Source: Calditrichia bacterium (GTDB lineage: Bacteria; Calditrichota; Calditrichia; JAJRVZ01). Taken from it: a stretch of 64,000 nucleotides of DNA. The translations under genes were made by a program, and so were the position numbers. This document shows positions 20,529-30,830 of the stretch, one piece after another. The notes under the pieces are model-generated. The model saw only the letters and a program-made list of their open reading frames with translations, was not told where the DNA came from and made no database searches. The stretch lies in NCBI GenBank assembly GCA_963796965.1, contig CAWCNS010000011.1:288001-352000 (forward strand), read 5' to 3'. How positions within the stretch are numbered: the first letter of the stretch is position 1; each line of letters begins with the position of its first letter.

Positions 20529-21629
20529 CTATTTTCCAGGAATTAGAAATGACTGAATGTATGTTTCCGTGGCGTCGATCATTTTTTGCATCGGGAATTT
20601 TTCCTGAACTAATTTCCTTGCCGCTGAGCCCATTTCTTTCCTTCGTTTATCATCACCAAGAAGAGCCAGGGTCTCATCTGTCATTTGTATCACAGCATCG
20701 GGAGGTACAACGATCCCCACTTCTCTATTCACAATCGCTTCAGAAACACCCCCCACATCAAAACCAACCACCGGTGTGGCCATCAACATGGATTCAATAA
20801 CCACATTGGGAATTCCTTCGCTAGAAGAAGTTAATAATACCAGGTCACAGAAATGGTAGAGTTCAAAAACATCTCTTTGCATTCCCAACAGGAAAACAGA
20901 ATCTTCAATTTTCAATCTTTTAATATAATCTTCAATTTTTTGCTGGTCTTCACCCTCTCCCACAATCAGAAATAGGGCATCTGGAATTTTTTCGTGTATA
21001 CTTTTAGCCGCCTCAAGAAAATAATGATGTTGCTTTTGATTGTGTAGACGACCAAATATCCCAATAACGGGACGATTTTCAGGCAGATTATATTTTTTCC
21101 TGACTTCTTCTTTGTTATCAGGCAGGGGAACATCGGTTTCCAGACCATTATTGATCACCCGCACCAAATCGGGATTCACCCAGCCATACGAGACATATTG
21201 GTTTTTGAAGGCTGTTGCATTTACGATGATTCCATCAATCAGATATTTAACAATAAATTTGTCGACCACTTTATCGGTAAGAATCGGCAAACCATGCATG
21301 GGAACTATAATTGGTCGTGTTGATATTCTACCAGCTAAGCCAGCAATTTTAGCATCCTTATTAAATGCCAGGAGTACAACATCTATTTTATGGCTTTTGT
21401 AGATTGCAGATAGTTTTAGGACAGGTGTTGGCAGTAAATCGCCACCAATTTTAATTGGTATGGTTGCCAGACCCAGATCTGCTGCTTTTTCGAGAAATTT
21501 TGATTCCGGGCGGCCAGCTACGGTGATAGTATGCCCCTTATCCCGTAATCCAGCAGCGGTGGTCGTCATCCATTTCTCCCCACCACCCCAGATCTCTTTG
21601 TGAATGCTGTTAAAAATCAAAATATTCAT
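20529..21629 (-). CDS. Glycosyltransferase family 4
   Basis: WGGGEK, GRLHNQK, EGIPNVVIE, DVGGVSE. Confidence 0.92.
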   Translation of the reverse strand: MNILIFNSIHKEIWGGGEKWMTTTAAGLRDKGHTITVAGRPESKFLEKAADLGLATIPIKIGGDLLPTPVLKLSAIYKSHKIDVVLLAFNKDAKIAGLAGRISTRPIIVPMHGLPILTDKVVDKFIVKYLIDGIIVNATAFKNQYVSYGWVNPDLVRVINNGLETDVPLPDNKEEVRKKYNLPENRPVIGIFGRLHNQKQHHYFLEAAKSIHEKIPDALFLIVGEGEDQQKIEDYIKRLKIEDSVFLLGMQRDVFELYHFCDLVLLTSSSEGIPNVVIESMLMATPVVGFDVGGVSEAIVNREVGIVVPPDAVIQMTDETLALLGDDKRRKEMGSAARKLVQEKFPMQKMIDATETYIQSFLIPGK

Positions 21630-21914
21630 AAAGCTTTTCCCTATTAATAGCCCACGATCTCTTTAAACCGCAAAGCGCAAAGAAGGCGCAAATTACGCAA
21701 AGAAGATATTAGTGTTTAAGATAAAGCGAATCCAAAATTATGATGTAATTCCGATTTTCATGCAATTCGAAGTTTAAAAATACAATTAACATCTGTAAAG
21801 ATGCTGAAACATATTTCAATCAATGACACATTTAGTAAACTTAAAATAAAATAATAATATAAATTTCGTGCTAAACTCTTTGCGTGTGCATTTTAATCGT
21901 GGGCTATTCTTACC

Positions 21915-23531
21915 TTAGTTGGCGCTAAAAACCTGACCAAAGCCAAAGGAAAAACCTATACCGCGATTATCACTAAGTGGATAACCAAAATCAATCCGCA
22001 TGACCGGTGAACCCGGTGCTTTTGTAATTCCTATTCGAAGACCAAATCCAACACTGTAATTCAACAGATTCATGTCAATTTCCTGCCCCCGTTTCCAGAC
22101 ATGACCGACATCAAAAAAGATCACACCGCCCAGAGCAAGCGTTAAAATATCGACAGAACTGAATAATCGGCTTTCCAGGTTCATCACAAATTTTTTATCA
22201 CCACTGAATTCACGGGCGTTAAACCCGCGAAGATTGGTATCTCCTCCCAATAAGAACTGACTGGATTCTTCAAGATTCCGTGCCAGGGACCAGTTCATAT
22301 TAAAAGCCCAGGTTTGCCAGGGCAGCATTCTAAAATAATATTTAAACAAAAAAGATGTAATGGTATTATTATAGAATTGAGTTTGGTAGCCAACAGTACT
22401 GAATAAAAAGTGCTTTTTTAAAAAGTGGAAATTATAACGGTATTGCAGACCGAGTTCCCATCGTTTAATACCCCTTGGAACAGGAAATCCCGTTCTTGTT
22501 ACACTACCACTGGCCACCCATCCCATCCGAAAATCTTCAGTTCTATAGAATTTATCTATCTTTTGTCCCTTGGCAAATCCAATATTTTCTACAGAAGCCC
22601 CCAAAGAGGTTGAATGAAGTAGTTCATCATCAGGAAGTGGTGTGGTGGTCTGACCCTCAATAGGACTAAAATCCCGATTCTGGTAATTATAAGAGAGTTG
22701 AATGCGCTTTTTACGAAATCGCTCTCCAAATGCCCGTGAGATATAGGCATAGGCCCCTTCTGTCTGATAGGTGATACGGCTTACTTCTGCCCCCTGCTCG
22801 AACAATCTCTGGGTCTCATCAAGATAGTAGCCACCAAAACCACCGGCCCAACGGGTATCAAGTGAGATATAAGGACGGGCAAAATCTACCGTTACACTTT
22901 TGATTAATGGACCTGCATTTAAGCGGGCATTTCCCTTCCACCTGGTCCCAAATAATTGCGGATCTCCATAAGAAGTGGTCCATGTCCAACCCACATCCGA
23001 TTCATTTACCCCCTGAATAAATAGGTTTTTACCTAAACCAAGGAAGTTTACTTCCTCAAAATTGCCACCAATTTTGGTTAAACCCCCGCCGCTTTCCAAA
23101 ACATAAGATACTACCGTGCTCCATTGATCTTTTGTATATACATGAATATCGACAGAATCACTATATAGCGTATCGATGAGTATCTTGTTATCACCAAGAA
23201 AGTCCAGATCACGTAAGTTTCGCTCCGTTTCCTCCTTTATATCGTTGTCCAGACTGTCGCCCTCTTCAAACAACAATTCATTACGTATTACACTTTCTTT
23301 TGTAACCACATGAAGATCATTGGCCAAACGATACACAAGATCTTTACTCTTCAGGCTATCTGGAAAAATATTCTGCCGATGAATATGAATCTTGCGGATA
23401 TACCTGGTAGAATCTTGTATGGATTGACCAAACCCCGGTAAGGTCAGGCCCATTATCACCGTTATATAAAACATAAGGTATGAACATCGATTCAATAAAT
23501 TTGTCCGGGAGTTTGTCATGTATTTTATCAC
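21915..23531 (-). CDS. BamA/Omp85 family outer membrane protein with POTRA
   Basis: VIRNELLF POTRA, LGGDTNLRGF, FFDVG, RIDFGYPL, C-terminal F-rich strand. Confidence 0.85.
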   Translation of the reverse strand: MIKYMTNSRTNLLNRCSYLMFYITVIMGLTLPGFGQSIQDSTRYIRKIHIHRQNIFPDSLKSKDLVYRLANDLHVVTKESVIRNELLFEEGDSLDNDIKEETERNLRDLDFLGDNKILIDTLYSDSVDIHVYTKDQWSTVVSYVLESGGGLTKIGGNFEEVNFLGLGKNLFIQGVNESDVGWTWTTSYGDPQLFGTRWKGNARLNAGPLIKSVTVDFARPYISLDTRWAGGFGGYYLDETQRLFEQGAEVSRITYQTEGAYAYISRAFGERFRKKRIQLSYNYQNRDFSPIEGQTTTPLPDDELLHSTSLGASVENIGFAKGQKIDKFYRTEDFRMGWVASGSVTRTGFPVPRGIKRWELGLQYRYNFHFLKKHFLFSTVGYQTQFYNNTITSFLFKYYFRMLPWQTWAFNMNWSLARNLEESSQFLLGGDTNLRGFNAREFSGDKKFVMNLESRLFSSVDILTLALGGVIFFDVGHVWKRGQEIDMNLLNYSVGFGLRIGITKAPGSPVMRIDFGYPLSDNRGIGFSFGFGQVFSAN

Positions 23532-23858
23532 AGATTCTTATTCTGTTCCTAATACTCCTTTCGTAGAATTAGGTTCAGTCTCTCATTTTTTATAATTTCT
23601 GGTCACTTCTTAAGCACAGCCAGACTTCAAAAATCACAAATATCTCTAAAGTTAAAAAATAATCCGATATTTCCGAAATGAAATTTGATGGAATTTCTAT
23701 TGGAGGTCTATAGTTAAATCTAACATAAGACAAGATAATTTTAATTCAATAGGTCAGATGATTTAAAACGGATGAGTCAATCGAGCTGTATCTTAATCAT
23801 CTCACACTAAAAAGACCACGGCCCGATAAGGCCTAAATAATTATAGAAGGAGTTTTTT

Positions 23859-24809
23859 ATGAGTGATCAAAAAGTAATTGCTGTTGTGGGTGCGACTGGT
23901 GCCCAGGGTGGCAGTCTGGTTCGTGCCATCTTAGCAGACAAGAGTGGCAATTTCAAAGCCCGCGCTATCACAAGAGATGTCAATTCCGACAAAGCCAAGG
24001 CTTTAGCAGCATTAGGGGCAGAGGTTGTTTCTGCCGATGTGGATGATCCACAAAGTTTAGTAAAGGCTTTTGAGGGGGCCTATGGCGCTTTCTGTGTTAC
24101 CTTTTTCTGGGAGCATTTTTCACCGGAAAAGGAGATGCAACATGCCAAAAATATGGCCGATGCTGCCCAGGCATGTGCTGTCAAACATGTAGTCTGGTCA
24201 ACCCTGGAAGATACACGCAAATGGGTGCCGCTTAGTGATGACCGTATGCCGACCTTAATGGAAAAATATAAAGTACCACATTTTGACGCCAAGGGTGAGT
24301 CAAACGCGTTCTTCACTGAAACAAACCTGCCTGTTACCATCTTAAACACATCTTTTTACTGGGAAAATATGATCTACTTCGGTATGGGACCAAAAAAAGG
24401 TGAGGATGGTAAATTAGCCATCACATTCCCGATGGGTAATAAAAAACTTCCCGGAATCAGTGCAGAGGACATTGGTAAAAGCGCCTATGGCATTTTTAAA
24501 AAAGGATCTGAATATATCGGCAAAACCATAGGGATATCCGGTGAATTTGTCACCGGTGCGCAAATGGCTGCTACGCTTAGTAAAGCAATGGGAAAAGAGA
24601 TTGTTTATAACGATGTACCACCCGAGGTTTACAGAAGTTTCGGTTTTCCAGGTGCGGAGGACCTTGGTAATATGTTTCAGTTCAAACGTGATTTCGAAAC
24701 AGAATTCACAAGCCAGCGGAATATTGCTGAAACAAAGACGCTAAACCCGGATCTGCAAAATTTTGAGACCTGGGTTGCCAGAAATAAAGATAAGATCCCG
24801 ATGGAATAG
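23859..24809 (+). CDS. NmrA/HSCARG family NAD(P)-binding protein
   Basis: VVGATGAQGGS, VPHFDAK. Confidence 0.92.
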   Translation: MSDQKVIAVVGATGAQGGSLVRAILADKSGNFKARAITRDVNSDKAKALAALGAEVVSADVDDPQSLVKAFEGAYGAFCVTFFWEHFSPEKEMQHAKNMADAAQACAVKHVVWSTLEDTRKWVPLSDDRMPTLMEKYKVPHFDAKGESNAFFTETNLPVTILNTSFYWENMIYFGMGPKKGEDGKLAITFPMGNKKLPGISAEDIGKSAYGIFKKGSEYIGKTIGISGEFVTGAQMAATLSKAMGKEIVYNDVPPEVYRSFGFPGAEDLGNMFQFKRDFETEFTSQRNIAETKTLNPDLQNFETWVARNKDKIPME

Positions 24810-24850
24810 ACACAGTAAAAGAGTGATTTTTCTTAGATCCAAATTTGTCA

Positions 24851-24993
24851 TAGCACGCGGATGACACAGATCAGACGGATTCTCACCGATCTTTTTTTAT
24901 TTTCTTAATTTAAATCCTCAAAATATATTTTGAGATTTAAATTAAGAAATAAAATCAGTGGAAATCCGTCTGATCTGTGTCATCCGCGTGCTA
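24851..24993. mobile_element. Family A inverted-repeat element supplying the GxxExxY stop codon
   Basis: TAGCACGCGGATGACACAGATCAGACGGAT ... ATCCGTCTGATCTGTGTCATCCGCGTGCTA; terminal CTA is the TAG stop at 24991-24993. Another right arm at 25591-25612. Confidence 0.85.
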
Positions 24994-25371
24994 TTTCCTA
25001 TCGTTTGTATAAATCTTCCTTCTAATTTCCGCTTTCTTTCCAAAGTTTAGTAACAGACCAATCTCTATATTTGTAGATTTTAAATAATTTAGTAATTGTG
25101 CTTCATGTTCCCTACAAAGATTTTCAGCTGCCTTCAATTCTATCATAACTTTATCATCCACTAATAAGTCAACGTAGTATTCACCAACTATTTTTCCATC
25201 ATATAATACCTTGATATTTTTTTGCTTTTCAACTATACACCCTAATTTCTGAAGTTCAATAATCATCGAATTTTCATAGACTTTTTCCAGAAATCCATAT
25301 CCAAGATTATTATATACGTTGAAAAATGCACGAATAATCTTTTCTGTAATTACATTGTGTTGCATTTTCAT
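24991..25371 (-). CDS. GxxExxY protein (PD-(D/E)XK nuclease-like)
   Basis: LGYGFLEKVYE, DLLVDDKVMIELKA, QLLNYLK, GLLLNFG. Confidence 0.95.
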   Translation of the reverse strand: MKMQHNVITEKIIRAFFNVYNNLGYGFLEKVYENSMIIELQKLGCIVEKQKNIKVLYDGKIVGEYYVDLLVDDKVMIELKAAENLCREHEAQLLNYLKSTNIEIGLLLNFGKKAEIRRKIYTNDRK

Positions 25372-25393
25372 TTCCTCTTTAAGGAAATGTTAG

Positions 25394-25408
25394 GCAAACC
25401 ACATGCCA
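25394..25408 (-). promoter_or_regulatory. Sigma-54 -24/-12 motif upstream of GxxExxY
   Basis: TGGCAT-GTGGT-TTGC with canonical spacing. Confidence 0.65.
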
Positions 25409-25448
25409 AATTACCACATAACCGTTATTTCATAGTCTTAATTATTAT

Positions 25449-25582
25449 TAGAGACTTCTGGAAAATGATTATATTTACCTGAATGTCATTCTGAACTTGT
25501 TTCAGAATCCCTTTAAATAGACCCTGAAATAAATTCAGGGTGACGAAATTCAAATATTTATTACATTTTTCAGAAGTCTCTA
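25449..25582. mobile_element. MITE-like element with TAGAGACTTCTG termini containing a REP-like pair (25485-25544)
   Basis: TAGAGACTTCTGGAAAATG ... CATTTTTCAGAAGTCTCTA. Confidence 0.7.
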
Positions 25583-25829
25583 TTAACAAAAATCCGTGTT
25601 ATCCGCGTGCTATTTCGATCAGACAGTCTATATAATTTTGGCACAAATATTGTATTATGCTTACTTAGTGGTGTAAAGAAGCTTTTTTATGTTTAATTTC
25701 GCACGATAGTGTGAGAATGGACATCTAATCATGCACAGGATGGAGCCAGGTAACCGCATTAAAATTTTTATTGATCTCTCATTTTAACTTTTGTACATTT
25801 CATTTGTACAAATAATGGGAGTGTTGAGG

Positions 25830-26063
25830 ATGGATCAAATAGCCGTGAGTGAGTTCAGGGCCAATATGATGAAGATTTTAAAAAAAATTGAACACGGTGC
25901 TTCTATAGATATCACATCGAGAGGACATGTTGTAGCTAAACTTGTTCCCCCTGACTATTCAAGAAGACTGGCCAGGGAACGATTAGCTGAAATTGGAAAA
26001 AAGTCAACGATCGGGGATATTATATCACCCATTGATACCAAATGGGAAGCGATTGAAGAATGA
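25830..26063 (+). CDS. Phd/YefM antitoxin
   Basis: MDQIAVSEFRAN ... ITSRGHVVAKLVP; GAGG RBS before ATG 25830. Confidence 0.85.
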   Translation: MDQIAVSEFRANMMKILKKIEHGASIDITSRGHVVAKLVPPDYSRRLARERLAEIGKKSTIGDIISPIDTKWEAIEE

Positions 26064-26455
26064 TCACCGTTGACACACATATTATTATTTGGGATGCTCT
26101 AAAACCTGAACTATTAAGCCAGAAGGCAAAAACAGAATTAGAGAAGGCTAATAAGGGGGATGGTATCATTTTTTGTGATATTTCATTATGGGAAATTGCC
26201 ATGCTCATTCAAAAGCAACGAATCGAGATTGATGTGACCTATTCAGAATTCATAAACTTAGTGCGTGCATCCAATAACTACATATTCCAACCCATCACCC
26301 TGGAAATTGCCGGCCTTTCCGCACAACTTAAAGAGAAGGTATCTATCGATCCTGCAGATTCTATCATTGCCGCAACTTCAATAATATTAAGGGCCCCTCT
26401 GATTACGGCAGATAAGACCTTGCTTACGGCTAAAGGAATTCCGACTATTTTCTAA
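26060..26455 (+). CDS. PIN/VapC toxin
   Basis: VDTHIIIW, ISLWEIA, DPADSII, LITAD. Confidence 0.9.
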   Translation: MITVDTHIIIWDALKPELLSQKAKTELEKANKGDGIIFCDISLWEIAMLIQKQRIEIDVTYSEFINLVRASNNYIFQPITLEIAGLSAQLKEKVSIDPADSIIAATSIILRAPLITADKTLLTAKGIPTIF

Positions 26456-26469
26456 GGTGAAATAAAGAA

Positions 26470-26628
26470 TAGCACACGGATGACACGGATTTCCACGGAT
26501 TAAAAGAATTCTATCTATATTTTTCAAATAATCACTTATCTGAAAACCTGAGGTAAAACAGCACGATCAAAAAAATAGTTTTAAAAAAATCCGTGGAGAT
26601 CTGTGTAATCCGTGTCATCCGCGTTCTA
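26470..26628. mobile_element. Family A element (159 bp)
   Basis: TAGCACACGGATGACACGGAT arm; core AATAATCACTTATCTGAA..CTGAGGTAAAACAGCA.GATCAAAA shared with 37853, 42034 (inverted) and 43604. Confidence 0.88.
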
Positions 26629-26641
26629 TTTCAATATTAAC

Positions 26642-27353
26642 CTATTCCCGATCTAGCCGTTTCAGGGCATCCCGGGCATCAGCAACCCATGCCTGGTCTT
26701 GCCCATCACTCTGTATTTACCTCATCCAAGGCGCGCTGGTAGGCATCGCGTGCCTGGCCCGGATCATTCAATTCTTCAAAAGATTTGGCAATATAATAAT
26801 CGATTTTTCCCTGATCGCGCTCCGCGCTGTATTTGTTTTGTATCTTCATAAACTTAATAATAGTATTTGGATAATACTGATGATCATAAAGTGCCCTGGC
26901 ACCGTTTATCTCAAAGGGATACCAGTCTTCCTGATCAGTTTTAACCTCTGTTTTATCATCTGCTTCTTTCGACTGGCCATGCACAATCGAGACATTGCCC
27001 ACTTTAACCTTTTTACTATCATCTGCCTTCTCAAGATTATCAATCTTCTGCGACATCAGATACATAAACAATTCGCGTTGTTGAATGGTACGAATATCAG
27101 CAATATCCAGAATTGCATTAGAGCCGAGTTTAAACTTCGTACCATCTTCTAACTCTAATATCACCTGTCCATTCTCACTTGAAAGGATCGTATCTATATT
27201 TTTTAGAATCGCCCCAACCTGAGCCTTTTGCCAGGTCTCATCCAACCCCAACCGCACCATCACTTTTCCCTGTGTCTGCAAAATCTTCACATCGGCGTGA
27301 ATACTGGTTACCGATAAGCAAATGAAAACCAGCATAAAAATTATATTTTTCAT
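26642..27353 (-). CDS. FecR-like domain plus TPR secreted protein (probable frameshift near 26710)
   Basis: Signal peptide; GQVILELEDGTKFKLGSNAIL FecR-like; YYIAKSFEELNDPGQARDAYQRAL TPR; the shifted frame adds DGQDQAWVADARDALKRLDRE*. Confidence 0.7.
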
Positions 27354-27379
27354 TTTTTGCCTCATGTTTGTTTATTTTT

Positions 27380-27591
27380 CTCACGCAGCGCCGCAGAGTC
27401 GCAGCGAAAAAATTTTAACTATAACTAATCTTGTTATTCTGTAAGAATCCTCCTTCATTAAAGTTCGATACTTTCTATCATGAAGATCCCTATCCCGAAG
27501 CGCGATCCCGTTCTGGGACGGGATGACACAAAAAAGGTCATCTATTAAATCTTTTCATTATAACGCTGCACCGTCGCGTCGCTGCGCGAGA
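27380..27591. repeat. Family E inverted-repeat element (CTCACGCAGCG.CGCAGAG ... GCGTCGCTGCG.GAGA)
   Basis: Related arms at about 21668, 29416, 52151-52396 and 53775. Confidence 0.75.
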
Positions 27592-27695
27592 AAATATCTT
27601 TCCGGTCTCTCTCTCAAGGGCGCACACATGGGTTCGCCCCTACACTCTTCTGTCTTCCCTCTTCTCTTTTCGCTCCACTCTCTACTCTCCACAGT

Positions 27696-29303
27696 TCAAT
27701 TCACATCAATAACCTTCACCCAGCCTTCAGCCAGACCATTGCGAACCACGCCTTCTTCCAGGTAAGCCAGGGCGCCGTTTTCCCAGGCGGCATTAAACCC
27801 TTCTTCAATCAGCGTTGTTTCTACCGGTAACCAGATTGTTTTATGGCGGCTGTTTCCTGAACGGATAACAAATCTCTTTTCATTAGTACTGATCTTATAT
27901 CCCTGTTCGGGGGGAATACCCGTATCAAACAGTAAATAGAGATGGGCAATTTCCTGTTTTGGGTCCTGTACCTGTACAAAGGCAGTGCGGATCCCCAGAC
28001 TTTCCAGACAGGAGGCGTACAACACTACCAGGTCATCACAATCGCCGCTGCCAATATGCAACGTTTCGACCGCGAATTGAACACGGTCATCCTTATAAAA
28101 GGGCATATTCGGATCACGATGATAGGCAATACCTTTATCCTTTAAGGCATTAAACACGGTTTGCGCTTTTACCACCGTTTCTACGTCCTCATCGGGATTA
28201 ATCGTAAGACCATTGGCGAGCGTACGATTCATGACAAAGATCTGATCATCATTGGGAGTAACAAAATAGACCAACTTGTCCATATCACCATTCCAGGCAT
28301 TGCGACTGTGTATGACGATCTGGGCACTGTAATCTTTTTTCTCTGTCTGCCCTGCCCGGCCTTCGATTTCAATATCCAGGATGGCTGGTTTATTGTCACC
28401 GGCCTGCAATAGAAGCGAACCAAATACGGCATAAACCGGGATATCGGCGACATCTCCCGTGGGAATCTCAACAAATCCACTTTCGGCAGGTCGTTCCGAA
28501 TAGAAATCCACTTTGCTGCGAACATTTACTTCAATGGGATAGGGGGCAATATTTTTAACCGTCACCAGGGCAAGGGGATAGGTATTATAGAATTGATAAT
28601 AGGCGGGATAAATATCCTGTACGACGACTTTTATATCCTGCAGTTGGAACATTTCCCGCTTTGTACCCCACATAAAACTAAGACCCAATCCAAAATCGAT
28701 ACCGCTATATTTTTGATTGACATCAAAGTCCACCAGATGATATTTCAGATCCATGTTCAGGGCCAACCAATCGGTGATTAGAATATTAGTACCAAGCCCA
28801 GCATAACCACCAAAAAGAAATTCCGCTTCAAAAGATCCCTCCACATCGGGCTCATCTGTCTGCAGATTTCCCTGTCCTTTCTGTGCCCAATAGGGTCCCA
28901 GACCGGCTGAAACATAAGGTTGAAAGCTCGAGCTAAGCCGGGAAGGTAATAAATCATAATGTACACCTAATAAGATGGGGATGACAATATTGACATGGGT
29001 TGAATCATTCATTGATATATCGTTCCGGGAAACAGTCTGGACAGAGGCTACTGCTTCAAATGTAAAATCAAAGAAAAGATTATTATGAATCCGCGAAAAA
29101 AAGTAGAGGGTTCCACCAGCCCCGCTAATGTCGACATTGGCGGATTGGTCAGCAGCACTGACATTGATCTTCATGGGCCGGCCGGTAATATTCCAGAAAT
29201 TTCCCCTAAAGCCAATACCATTGGATCTGGTCATTCCCTGGGAAAATGATTGGGAAACCAATATCGTTAAGAGGAATATAATATTTAGAATTTTTCGATT
29301 CAT
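27696..29303 (-). CDS. Outer membrane beta-barrel fused to a transglutaminase-like domain
   Basis: Signal peptide; OmpW/OmpA-like strands (QPYVSAGLG, LNMDLKYH); GSGDCDDLVVLYASCLESLGI, HLYL, PVETT. Confidence 0.75.
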   Translation of the reverse strand: MNRKILNIIFLLTILVSQSFSQGMTRSNGIGFRGNFWNITGRPMKINVSAADQSANVDISGAGGTLYFFSRIHNNLFFDFTFEAVASVQTVSRNDISMNDSTHVNIVIPILLGVHYDLLPSRLSSSFQPYVSAGLGPYWAQKGQGNLQTDEPDVEGSFEAEFLFGGYAGLGTNILITDWLALNMDLKYHLVDFDVNQKYSGIDFGLGLSFMWGTKREMFQLQDIKVVVQDIYPAYYQFYNTYPLALVTVKNIAPYPIEVNVRSKVDFYSERPAESGFVEIPTGDVADIPVYAVFGSLLLQAGDNKPAILDIEIEGRAGQTEKKDYSAQIVIHSRNAWNGDMDKLVYFVTPNDDQIFVMNRTLANGLTINPDEDVETVVKAQTVFNALKDKGIAYHRDPNMPFYKDDRVQFAVETLHIGSGDCDDLVVLYASCLESLGIRTAFVQVQDPKQEIAHLYLLFDTGIPPEQGYKISTNEKRFVIRSGNSRHKTIWLPVETTLIEEGFNAAWENGALAYLEEGVVRNGLAEGWVKVIDVN

Positions 29304-29667
29304 TCGTCAAAAGTTATCTAATGTTTTTAAAAGTTTAATATAATAGTTATTGCCATTTCATCAAACCCGATTATTATTTAATCCATCATTTTGCTTCACG
29401 CTCAAATGTGTATTCTCTCGCAGCGACGCAGAGAAATAAGGGACAAAAAAACGTTCTCATTTATTGTCATCCCATCATTGTTTTTACCACAAAGGACACA
29501 GAGTTTTATTAAATTTATTACTCTAAACTCTTAACTTTCCACGCTTTACTTTCTACAAATGACCTATCTCCTATTCGAAATTGGATATTCATTTTATTTT
29601 GTAAGACGGCCCACCGGCCCGTCTCTACATCTCCTCTCTCCTCACTCTTCTCTTTTCTCTCCACGCT

Positions 29668-30600
29668 CTACTCTCCACTCTCTACTGTAACCACGTCAAC
29701 ATAAACCGTATCGGCGATCACCGATCCAAACACACCAATCCCATCACCATCAATGTTAAATTTAGCCTCATGAAAATTACCATCCATCTCCATCACCTGC
29801 TATAGGTCATAAAAAAATCTTTATAATTATCATCCGCTGCATAAACGATGATGCGGTAGCGATCATAAAAATTAAATGTATACCAGGGTAAATCCATCTG
29901 CGAGACTCCATCTGAATTCGGGCATATGATGGAATAATTCATAGGATAAGGCATCATCTTCCATATCCACATCCTCAGGCTTTGTATCCTGATACGGATT
30001 ATCATAGATAAAGGTTTCCAAACTGGGATTCATTGCCTGGATGGCAGCCGTATATTGCCGGCATCCTTCAGAACGGTTGATCTGTAATTGAAATTCTTTT
30101 AGTACATCATGGATATCACGTTCACGATATTTTAGTGTATTATGATTAATCGAAACTATTTCAAATCCTTCATTGGGAACCTGGGTAACCGCATTCGCAT
30201 GAAGTTTCTTATTATCCATCTCTGTCCAGACATCGAGTTGATAGCTCTTTCCTTCCCGGACGATAAAATCTGATCCTTCATAGGTCCAATAGATACTATT
30301 GAGATCTTTGTGATTATCTACCTTAAATGTGAGATTATAGATGTGATCAGTTTCCAGATCCGTTACCTGAACGATCGTTTTCTCCGGATCAGGAAGTAAC
30401 CCAATTTTAGATAAGTCTGCATTGAGAGGAAAGTTTCGGCTGATCTGAATTTTTTCTATATTCTTCCCGGCTTCCAGGTATCCCTCAATAACAATCCTCG
30501 GTTCATAACTTACATTGGCCGGCTCCACCGTCGCATCCCCACATGAGCCTAAGAGAAGTATTATACCCAGTAATCCAACTATAATTATTGCTTTCATCAT
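29668..30600 (-). CDS. DUF4249-like lipoprotein (two frameshifts, near 29915 and 29800)
   Basis: LLGSC lipobox, PRIVIEGYL; shifted frames end ...FNIDGDGIGVFGSVIADTVYVDVVTVESGE*. Confidence 0.75.
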
Positions 30601-30830
30601 TCTTTTCTCCGTTTTGTGTATCATCCTTTTTAAACACAAAGGACACAAAGTAGACTCAAAGCACACAAAGTTTTTATAAATTTTTAAATATTTCTTTGAG
30701 ATCTTTGTGGATTCTTAGTGAACTTTGTGTTTATCTTTAGTTTTTTCATTGTTAACCGTTCAAGGATTTTAATATGTAAATTACCACCCCCTCGTTCCCT
30801 CCTTAGTAAGGAGGGGGATGATGGGGGAGG

